From NCBI GenBank assembly GCA_050084515.1, contig CM114271.1, positions 12,834,001 through 12,898,000 on the forward strand: 64,000 nt of DNA, given 5' to 3'. A program made the translations under genes and the position numbers. Positions 41,590 to 52,149 of the stretch are shown in pieces. How positions within the stretch are numbered: position 1 is the first letter of the stretch; each line of letters begins with the position of its first letter. The DNA is from Blasia pusilla. Lineage: Eukaryota. The notes under the pieces are model-generated. The model was not told where the DNA came from. It saw only the letters and a list, made by a program, of their open reading frames with translations, and did no database searches.

Positions 41590-42540
41590 CCCAAGCTAAA
41601 GATCCATGTCAAGTAGTTCAAGTCCATCGCCTGACCCAAGATATGGTGTCGTGATGCCTCTGATATTGACAGGAGTGGCGTCACTCTTAGGGGAAATCCC
41701 ATCGCCCGCTCTCTCTCATCGGCGTTGGGCTCCACCAACCTCTGAACCTGGTCATCCCAAACCAAGCCAAGACCGGCCTCCTTGTATGCATAGGAAGCGG
41801 GAAAACTCACAAACGTGGGAAAGGCTGCCCGCGGCTTGCCTACCTTGTTGACCACAGTCAACGGTGGTCGATCATCGTGCCTCACTGCCTGTGATCATGA
41901 GCGACAACCTAGATCCACAATGGAATCCACTAACAAATGGGAGGGGCGCTCCACTCTCGCATATGCCCTCCGTAACACCGCATGGGGCACCAAATTGGTC
42001 CATTATAGACGCGGGCAATGGGCTCTAGAACCTACACTCGCCGCATCCAAGAACACTGCTGGGCCGATCCAAGCATGCACCTAATAAGCACTCGTCACCA
42101 CCCGTGACCTGGAGTCTCCTAAGATGGGCACATTCTCCACAATGTAGGCTAGAGAATGAGATTGGTGCTCTCGCAACTGCCTCAACCTCTCCCAAAACAA
42201 CCTGGACCGAGTATCAGCCAACCCGCTGCCTTGTCGAGCGCTCAATTGGCCCTGACATGGCCAACCAGAAATGACCAAATCAATGATCCCTACCCGCTGT
42301 AAGTCCTGCGCCCCCAGCAACGAAATATCCCTCGGTAGGGAATTGTGGTATCCTTGTACCGAGGACGTAGATAATAAGTCGGGAAAATGTAGGCATAACT
42401 GCGTCATATGTCGTAGTGAGATGCGCCTTGCAACATTGTCACTCTCCACATACAAGTACTGTTGTACTCGCACTGCTGCCTGCAAAACAACAGCTAACCC
42501 GGTGCTAATCCCTCCAAAGAGATCTAACAGTCGAATATCC
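41590..42540 (-). pseudogene. C5 cytosine DNA methyltransferase domain (DNMT3-like, unpermuted motifs I-X) inside pol
   Basis: I LLDLFGGI (42507-42530); II YVESD; IV DLVISGWPCQG (GWPCQ 42252-42266); VI YIVENV (~42130); VIII PAVFLDAASVGSRAHCPRL*WTNL; IX ERERAMGFP; X SRHHILGQAMD. Confidence 0.92.
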
Positions 42541-42929
42541 TCCTCCGAGGTACACCACACAATGGGGGTGGTATCCAAGGATTTAATCGTAGCACTCCTT
42601 GCTACCTCGGGTTCCTCAGACCCGTCATGCTCCGGTGCAAACGCCTTGCTCCACGCGGTTTGCACGTGCTCATCGGCCAACCATCGAAGCTCCTCAGTCG
42701 AGCCCCACAGCGGCATCTCTCCTCCACAGAATGAAGCGGCTACCATAACACTCCTTTCCATAGAAATATCAAGAACGGGAGTATCCTCTGCATGGACATG
42801 TCCCTCAATCAAATCACTAGGCCAAGTGATGGCACTGCTAAGTGCTGCTAAGGTCGCCATCTCTCCTAGCCGTTGCTCGATCACTGCACATGTAAATCGA
42901 ACGGGTAATGAGCTAAGGCACCCATCACC

Positions 42930-43298
42930 TCACTGCCATCTTGGTCTGTAAGACGATGACTCTTCCCAGTAATCCAGGGAAACCCCCATCGAGTATAACA
43001 CTGCTCCACCAACCAAGGCGTCGTAGGACTCTGCATCAGTCACTATCGTCTTGGCTCGCACCACGGACTCATCTGTAGGATGTCCCGGGCAAATCCTCAC
43101 CACAACCTCCTGTTGGGTGATATACTGTGTGGTACTCGCTCCACCCAAGGATGTCTGTATCTGCAATGGACAACGCTCCACATCGGCTCTCATCAAGCCC
43201 AATCCTCTGAATGACGCTTTCCCCAACATCAGGGGTTGCACTCCTGAATCCAACAAGACGCGCTGCGGACTAAAAGCTCTACCTCTGGGACTCACCAA
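42930..43298 (-). pseudogene. Retropepsin-type aspartic protease
   Basis: VLLDSGVQPLMLG and YDALVGG motifs. Confidence 0.85.
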
Positions 43299-43873
43299 CT
43301 AGAAGACCTCTCCTCTGTTATCGAGCAACACATCACCAGGAGAAGCCATGGCACGCTCTATCGCGGGTCTAGCGGGCATCTCCGCCATCCTAGCAGCCGC
43401 AGCCTACCATGAATCTGACGTGGACGGCCCGAGCATCCGCTCCAAGGGCAGGTCCATCACCTCCATTGCAATCACCTCTGAATGTGATGCAGGAACTCCA
43501 ACTCCACGCTCACATAGCGTAGCGGCCAGCCAAAAAGCCTCAACGGGCGTACCCCCAACGTCATAACATCGAAAGCAGAAAATAAAGGAGCGCGGTATAC
43601 AATGGTGGCTGCCTCCAACAACGTGCTCGACACATGCCCCTCCTAAGCATCAACAATAGGAGTCGTGGCACTCGCTTCTCCCATCGCCCTCCGTGCCTGC
43701 ACACCAGCAACATCACCAACTCTCCAAGAACTCTGATCAGGACCCATCGATGGGGTCCTCATCGCCTCGGACAACATGAAAGATTGAGGAAGCCTAGTCT
43801 GTTTCCTGGCTTCCCTTCGTTGTGGATCCAACTCTGCAACTGCTCCACGCGTCACAACTGCGGCTGCCTCCAT

Positions 43874-45111
43874 CTAGGAAACCCCGCTCATCCAACCTGG
43901 ATCCTCCATCTCTCTGGCTGCTCCATATGATGTCGATGCGATGGATCCGGCATCGGATAATCTCAATGCCATAGCGGCAATCTGCTCCTGTAGCTGATGT
44001 ATCTGAGGAGCCATCCTAGCCTCATGCCCGGCATCTCCCTCGACGCATGTAGGTGGTAGGACACTACCTCCCCCATGGGCAGCTCCACCACCCTGTCGGG
44101 CAACTTCAGCTCCTCGTCCCCCAACAGGACCACCTGGTGCACAATCTCTAGCCCACCTAGACCGGCTACTCACTTTGGTGCCCTCTCTGGCCCTCGGTCC
44201 GGACGTAACTCAGGATGTAAACTAAAACTCGTGGCGCGTGTATGACCATACCTCTGATAATAGTCACACTGATAACCTCTTGGTGCAGCACTATTTCCTC
44301 CTCCATGCTGAGGCACATGTCCATGACTCTCATGAGTGCAATGGAACGCTGATAATGGGCTCCACGACATGACCAACAAGTTATAATAGGCAGCTGCTGC
44401 TGAGCCGCATATGAAGGCGTGTGCATATCACTCAGGGTCCGGTCTAGCATCACATACCATGACTGGATAGCCTGAGCCTCTGTCACCCCCTGAGTGACGC
44501 TGAATTTCCGGCGCAAGCGAGTGTAAGCCTCATGCAAACTCTTACCCGGGCGCCTCCGGAAGTCGTGGATGCTCCGCAACTTCTCCGTCCGTACCCCTTG
44601 GTAGCTCGCCCTCAACTCAACAAAGAACTCAACCACACGGTTTAACCTGGGATGAACCCGACTAGACGGTGCAACTGCTCCCGTGCGAGTGATCCCTCCT
44701 AAAACGTCACTAGTGGAAGAGGAAGTAGCCTCTTGTGACTCCTCCTCCTCATGTGGGAATGGCTCCGTCCATGACATATAATGTGGGTCACAGTTGAGCC
44801 TCCACGCCTCGATTTCACGTGCATATCTCTGAGAGAACTCATGGTAATCGTCCCTCTAAATGCTGGAACATACCATTCCAAGGTGTAAACGGGTTGAACT
44901 CTCTAGAGTTCCTTGCTCGTTGGAAGTCGCACCAACTCCTAAACTCTGCTATGAAATCGTGCAACTCAATCGTACCTACTGCACCTGAAAACCTACGCGG
45001 TCCTCTACCCCAATCGTCCATCTCGTACGCCCAAGTGGTAGGACCACTCACAATATGTGGCGATGTGCTCACAAACTCCTCTACACGCTCCCCCTTGTTT
45101 GAAGACGACAC
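43874..45111 (-). pseudogene. Gag with two zinc-knuckle remnants
   Basis: RRFSGAVGTIELHDFI, FRRRPGKSLHEAYTRL, CWSCRGAH and CDYYQRYGH knuckles. Confidence 0.8.
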
Positions 45112-46795
45112 AGAAGGAGATCGAGGTGGTCTCTCACGTGGAGATCCTTGAAACCTTGCACCAATCCGGGTAAACCGTCCAGAGCTACTCTCTCGTCCAC
45201 TACCTCGCCTCTCAAAATCCTAAAAGGACGCCGTGATGGCCCTCGTGCCCCTCTCACACGATCACTCTCAACCTTGCAAGTAATCCCTCAATCACTCATC
45301 CCAAACATGCGTCACTTGATCTACACTCTCCCCGAGACATGTAACGTGCGGCAACAAGCGGCGTGGGGCGGAAAATCGACAAGGCTTTCATCTCATCGAC
45401 AACCTACCCTCAACTCCGGACATCCCACACAAGTCTATGTCCCCTAAACCACATACATAGATGATGCTCTCAGCATCCACATACCCAATATCCCCAAATA
45501 AACTACCCAAATCCCATAATCCCTCACACGTGCAGGGTAAAGGACCAGAATGGGTAACCTGAACACATGTCGATGTCGCTCCTCAGCAACTGCAAATCTC
45601 GACATCAACTCGGTCATGGAGACAACTCCTCCAATCAGCAAGTCATACTCCTCCCGTACTGACGCTGCTTAAAACTCCTTGATGGACAGTGTGGTTCCAG
45701 CGGAACGATGCGGCGTTGTAGGCGGTACGGAACGGCTACGAACGACACAACCCTCGATGGTGGGATGCGGCACTCGGAGGCATACCCTCCTCAATCAACA
45801 ATAAACCCACACTCTACTCCACAATGATGGTGCGATTCCGCGATCGAGACGGTGCAAAGGCGCCACGAAGCGCACGGGCGCAAAGAATCGGGCGCGCTGC
45901 GTTTTACGGGCGTCAGAGCACGGTACTCGATCGTCGTTGAGCGGCTACCAATCACAACATAGCAGCATGAAATCAAAACTCAACCACCATAAGCGGAGGT
46001 CATCTGCCATCACTGGATGATGACGAAACTTTGATGACGGTGGCGGCCAAAACAAAGTATGTGGTGGCGACGCAAGTGAGAGAATCAAAAAATGTCGTGG
46101 AAGACCCTACACTCCGTAATGGTGGCAATGGCAACCAAAGGGTGGACAACGGCCGAATGTGGCTCTGAGCAACGTTGGGCAACGGCAATAGCCGACGGTG
46201 GCCGGTGGACCGTTGACGGTGAGTATGAAGGTGACGGCTGCCGCCGGCATGGCAGCTGGTTTAGGGTTTAACCCTAAAAATCGCCTAGCAATGGAAATTT
46301 TGCAAGATTGACCATAACTTTTTACTTGCAACTCCAAATTAAGCACCGTTTGTTGCACAACGTGCATAGCTTCATGATCTAAAATAGTGTCAAAAAATAT
46401 TTGGAATTGAACATTCCAAATAACGGAGACTGTCGTAAAGCCCAATATCTCTTTCTCCTACACAAAATTTGGCAGCGCTTCCGTGCTGATTTCTCCCAAC
46501 CAAAACGTAAAACCTGTAAAAATACAAATCAGCAAGCTACATGGTGCTTCTGAGAGCATCAGAATGGGGCAACCCACTTCCATGATCAATCCCTATCAGA
46601 AATTGGGCAGCACTTCCGCACGCCACTCTTCCACACGAAAAATCGGAAAATGCAAAGAACAATCAAAGCAACCCTTGCTCTGGTGAGCACTCTTCATGAG
46701 CTGCTGAACGGGGAACACGATCCCCAACCTGAAAAAATAGCAAGTGACCAGCGAGCTCCCCCATGAAGTTCTCTCACTCTCTCGTTCTCTCTTTG

Positions 46796-47309
46796 TAAAG
46801 TAAGATCCAATCTCTCTCTACACCATCTCACACCATAGCTCTCAAAGGTGTGCACTCTCTCTCATGTCAAACCAAACCCACTCTCTTAATGAGAGGCTTG
46901 GGTTACACTCACAGGGCAAGGGACCATAGCTCCGCCGCCTCATGCCAAGAGGTTCAACAAAGAGAGAATGAGCTCTCAAGCTCTCTCTCCTTGAGGGATA
47001 CCCCTCCCCTCACCCAAGCTCTCTCCATGGTAACCTATTCTCCCAAGTCACCTCCTTGGCTCTTGACCTGATGTAGGAGGTCAAGGGCCACTTACCAAAA
47101 ATAGAAAGTTGATCATATACTCAAAATGGTAGTTACCTAAAATAGCGAGTTCCTCAATATGGCTCCAAATGAGCCGAAACGAAGGGGAAACGTGCTCTCT
47201 CACGTTTCCCGGGGCCTCAACAGGTCATCCTCAACCTACTTAGCCTGTCCTCCACTACTCACAAAGGCGCTCTACTAGATCTCACCGATGTATCCTAAAA
47301 GACGTGACA
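46796..47309 (-). repeat. 5' terminal repeat A1 (514 bp)
   Basis: Sense strand starts TGTCACGTC; direct repeat of 37348-37861. Confidence 0.93.
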
Positions 47310-47313
47310 TCCC

Positions 47314-47900
47314 CTTCCGTCAAAGACCATGAGACTCTCATCAGACATATTTTGATAGGAAATCAAATTATTCTATCAATGCATAAGTAGTCTACGACAA
47401 GCGAAGGAGGATAATTTTACTCTTCATTGGTATGTATGTTACTAATGCTTTCATATTCAACAATATTATTTTTCTTCTATAGTTCAGATGATCTACTCAA
47501 CCAAATTTGATATTTGTGTTTGACAATGCAGTATGTCTCGATCTTGCCATGATTTCACCTGCTTCAAGAAATCAAACTTGTGTAGAAACATGGTCAACCC
47601 TGGTACATTTCATGAAGATTAGTTCCTACTTGGGGACAGTGGGTACTCTCCACTCCCAAATTTGGTCCCCTCCTATCGCATAGCATGTACGAACTTGGAC
47701 GTTCAGGATTTCAACAAATATGTCACCCACACAAGAGTAATGAATGAGCATTTTATAGGTGTCTTGAAATCTGGATGGAATTATTTTTGTGAAATACGGA
47801 TTCAATTGAATAATCCATGATGCAATCATAGATTGGTGAAATGAATCACATGTTGTGCAATTTTGCACAACGTTACTTTGTGATTAATCGGAATGACCTT
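47314..47900 (+). pseudogene. PIF/Harbinger transposase, 3' part (probable intron from ~47430)
   Basis: FRQRP*DSHQTYFDRKSNYSINA*VVYD; GDSGY; FNKYVTHTRVMNEHFIGVLKSGW; CCAILHN. Confidence 0.85.
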
Positions 47901-48266
47901 CGGACCAATGATGATCATGAAATAGAATTGTAAGGAGACAAAGGTTTAGACAATTACCCCTTGTGAGCACCGGCAAGGGTGAGAGAGTTGGGCAGGGCAT
48001 TCTTGTCTAGAATTCAATCGGAAACTTGGGGGGTTCCTTGCCTAAGACATCACTATGCCTACCCAAATAATAAAGAAGTAAAATCCATTTGAGAGCAATG
48101 GCCAAGTAGTAGTAGACAAGTTATTTCAATTTTGAGTTAGTAGTCAGATTGAGATTTGAGAGATGATTCATGTGTTTGCTATCCCTCACATTTCAATAAA
48201 GCAAGTATGTTATTGTTATCATTCTGATGGTGTCCACTTCTTACCATGAGTGACATTTAAATTGTC

Positions 48267-48672
48267 TTATTAGCTTACTCTGAGTTAGGGTCAGCAAATA
48301 CCGCATGATCGGAAGGTGCTTAAATTCTTGCGAATTATTTCTAGCAACCAACAATCAAATGAAGAGGATTGTTTCATGCATAATATATTGTTTGATGAAC
48401 TTGAACTCTACTAAGAGTTCAAAGGTAGGAGTTGGTGCCTCATGATTCATCTTTTAGATCCTCCTACTAGAGACCATATTTACAAGTTGTGTTCAACAAC
48501 TATCTTTGCCATCTATCAGCAGACGACATACCAAAATACCCTTTCAGATGGAGGTGACGACCTTGATGAAGCTCTGTAACCACTTCCAACTATGGATTCT
48601 CTATCTTGAACTTGGGCAAGCACCTTCCGATCATGTGGTGTTTTCTGACCCTAACTCATAGTAAGCTAATAA
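48267..48672. repeat. Fold-back / MITE-like element with 55-bp inverted arms
   Basis: 48267-48321 is the reverse complement of 48618-48672, 4 mismatches by eye. Confidence 0.85.
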
Positions 48673-49244
48673 TCTCTCTAGAACAAGTAGCCAAGAAACT
48701 GCCAATCAGTGCGTTCTTCCAATCAGTGCACGACACTGCAGAAAATTCACTTGGAAAGTAAGTTCTTGCATTGGAACCTACCTTAGATATATGGTTGCTA
48801 CAAAGCATAGGTACAAACTTGAAGATTTAACCATATGCTCATGTTGTTGATCCATGTCATCATATGCTATTGATCTATTTTTGCACCAAAGCACAAGAGC
48901 AGGAGAGACTACCATAATAAAACTAAAATCATAAGGTTAGTTCTCTATATAAGAAGTGAATTCTAATAAATCTAAGCATTCCTCTCCACCTTAGTAAGAA
49001 TGACCACATAGTTTTGTCTAAGCACATCAATTAATGAATCCATAGCATCAAAACATCAATTCACATTCAATTCTTCAAGAGTGGCACACGAAATGCATAG
49101 CAACTCGATGCGTAGGAAAAAAATGAGCATCTTATGAGACTGGAAGCATTCACATGTCACGAGAGCAAAAGCTCGTAAAACAAAATTGTCCTTATGGGAA
49201 GAACACTTGTACTAGAGAAATTTCCTAAAGGTCATGACTTCACT

Positions 49245-50494
49245 TTAATCTACATTGGCTGCCCTAGCTTTCTCTTTAGGCGTGTCAAGCAAATCTAAAA
49301 TACGCTTAAGCTCATCTACAATTTTTCCACATCGAGTCATCTCAAATACCGCTTGGGTTGTCCTTGCTAGCTTGGCAATTGCTTTTTTCTCCTCAAATTT
49401 CAATATCTTCCATCTGTCTCTACTCTTTAGTGATCGATTCAGGTCTTCTACTTTGAGACTCATGGTCTCTTGGTAAACAGAGATGAGAGTTGGCTTCACT
49501 GCTGCAACATGATATGAGACATTGATCTTCCGTGCACGGATGCTTGATTCTGGTGAAGGAGGACAATCTACAGAATATGTGGCTGGTCGTTTGCTCTGCT
49601 TGGGTTTAGAAGGCGCTTGATGAGCAACGTGCTTGTTTATGACTCCACATTTCTGGAGTTTGAGGCCGTTCTTGATGGTGCAATTCTCTAGTTGGACTGG
49701 AGAAGTCATCAGCTTTGTTCAGGAATTCTTCACGGTTGTCTGTTGGAACGGATGGATTTGGCATCTCAACCCAATTTTGGCTATCCACCATAGGGGAATC
49801 GATCTCATACGAAGTAGGAACTATGATCTCATCGGTATCTTCTGCACCATGAGCATATTCAAAAAATCTTGATTTGGAAAATTCACTAGCGGCCTCCATG
49901 TCGTGCTCACCTCCTTATGGATTGCTACCTGCATCCATAGTCTTGCAAGATGGTATCCCAAACCCAAGATTCACAATGGCTAGAGGTATAATGTTGGGAC
50001 ACTCACCAAATAAAGCATGCATAGGGAAGAAGCAAAGGCAAGTTTTCTCTAATTTCTCTTCTACAATCACACCAGATTGGAGTTCAGCTGCACTCAATCT
50101 TGCACGTGTGCTTTGCATCATCATGAAGGCACGTTTGTAGGCATCTAGATACTTGTCAAACTTATTTTGCAAAATGGAACCTGTTACTAAGGGAAAATCC
50201 GCCCCATGCAAGTGTGTTGCCATGATACCAAAGGCTACAACCTTTGATTGATGCTTCACTCCAATTCTGGTCTTCCTTCCAGCTGCCGCACCCAAGGAGC
50301 GCATCAAAATTCATAGGCTCCTCAAGGTAAGCTAACATCTTTTCATAATACACTTTCTTCATTCGAAATCCTCCTCCCTTCTTCACTACTCCAGAGGGTC
50401 GAGTAGGAGTAGGAGCCATGGTGTTTGCACTCAACAATCCAAGAGTGTCAGTGCAATTAGAACTCTTTCTTAGGCCCTCAGATTGCAGGTCCAT
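49245..50494 (-). pseudogene. Harbinger accessory (Myb/SANT-like) protein, frameshifted, convergent with the transposase
   Basis: LQNKFDKYLDAYKRA...EEKLEKTCLCFFPMHALFGECPNIIP, an acidic linker and a coiled C-terminus; position fits the two-ORF Harbinger layout. Confidence 0.6.
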
Positions 50495-52149
50495 TTCTGT
50501 TTCTCCATGACCTACCTGAGTAAAGTTTGTAGAGATGGTGAGTGGCGACGCTTGATGGCTCGGTGCAAATCCCCGCTCCTAGTGTTGTGGTAGGCCGGAA
50601 TGAAATTTGCTACTCCCATTTGTGACTTTGAAATGAGGGGATTCAAACTCCGAAGCGGGATTTCAAACGGGTATTTTTTTCTCGGGACGTAGGTGTGTGG
50701 GCTGTTGTAAAGCTCCTGCCCCCTCCTCTTCAGGTAGTAGACCGGATGGCTTTCCAGGCCGGCCCCCTTAATCCGGGGGATTCGGGATAGGCCGGCCTTT
50801 TGACACCCCCTATTCTTTCCGAAGTCGGATTTTGAAAATTTCTGAATTGATTTAAAATGAACCCGGTAGCAAACTGGTGAGTAAATGTGCCGAAGCGGAA
50901 AAATATTGGATTGATAAAAAATATACTAGCCGACCCCTGAGATGTATGCTGGACGGACACGTATGAAAAGTTGGAAATCCCCTTCCACTTCCATAAAAAC
51001 TCATAAATTCTTACATTAAATAGAACTTCCAATTAGGCAGTGAGAATTAACTCCCTAAAATAGCAAATTAGGAAGATTGGACATGAACCAGGTTTAGGAC
51101 ATTGTACTCACATAATTACTATGTACCGTACATACTGAGAAAGCGTCTGAAAGCAGTTGGTGACACAGGAAAGGACACGAGAAGCAGAAGCGACGGAAAG
51201 AAAAGGAACGACAGCGTAGCCCCTAACCGGATGTAAACTTCAATGCGAAGCTGTGAGCGATTAATCTAGTGATTCTAGTCAGTGTAGGTAGAGAGTTCCT
51301 TGAATCTTTAGAGAGGGCAGCTGATGCGGGCATTGTCTGGCTGTCAAAGGCAGGGACCGTGGAAACTTTTGGCGCGTCTCGCAAGCTGAAGTGGCTCGTC
51401 AACCCGGGCTCTACGGTTGTGTCAGAATGTCACCTGGCTTCCTCAATTCCCGTAGTGGCGCGCACTGTCCATCTGACTAACTCTGTCCGTACGCACCCCC
51501 GATTCGCTGCTTCCGAGGGCTTTTCACGACATCCACGGATCTTGATTCCTCTCGGCCGCCGCCCCAGTCACGGCCTCACGCACCAATGAGGTTAGTGGAT
51601 TTGGATTAGTCTGTACAGTGTGCCGAAAAGCGCTTGCGCCTTTCGCGTGACGTTAACTGTTGCTAATCTTGACTTAAGAATCTGACGGGAAATCCAGGTC
51701 GGCTCTCGGGAGTCGGATGTCGGGAATGACGGTGATATTGCTTCAAGATGTGACATAAAGGAACCATAATTAAGCTCTGAATCTCGCTTCTCGGAATGAC
51801 ATTAACTATGCGAGATATTCTTGCGTATTAGGTCTTACCATCAGTTTGAATTCTTCTTATGCCTTCTCCTCGATTTTCAGTCCATGCGCATCAAACTGGC
51901 TTTTCTATGCCGTTGGTGAGTTTGATAGATAGGATCGTTTTCTTTCTTCATACGCACCTCTTTTTTCATCCGATGGATTTTTCATCCAAATTTCTATTAA
52001 AATTTATATTTATTATTATGAATGAGATTCTTACGCTCCTTTTGGAGAATTGTGATCCATATTAGAATAAGTTACCAGTAAATGATTTTTACCGATATGA
52101 TTGAAATGAAAAATGGAATAACAAAAATATCATGTGAAATTATTGATAC

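Larger units (their letters stand above)
37220..47309 (-). mobile_element. Full-length Ty3/Gypsy-type retrotransposon carrying a DNMT3-like methyltransferase and a PHD finger; split direct repeats; 4-bp TSD TCCC
   Basis: Termini TG...CA; TCCC at 37216-37219 and 47310-47313; gag-PR-DNMT-RT-RH-IN-PHD order; repeats A1, B1, A2, B2. Confidence 0.95.

Noticed and set aside
42081-42884. DNMT ORF read as a host DRM/DNMT3 gene or a bacterial methylase
   Set aside because: Intronless, in frame with the protease, inside TSD-bounded termini, repeated in several copies, and not DRM-permuted
45148-45447. ORF track entry labelled minus strand (MKPCTNPG...)
   Set aside because: That peptide reads from the plus strand (TTGAAACCTTGC at 45148); antisense to gag with no motif, so treated as spurious
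36060-51060. AGGGAGT / ACTCCCT as Harbinger TIRs
   Set aside because: Match is too short and lacks a clean TAA/TTA TSD; element ends left undefined
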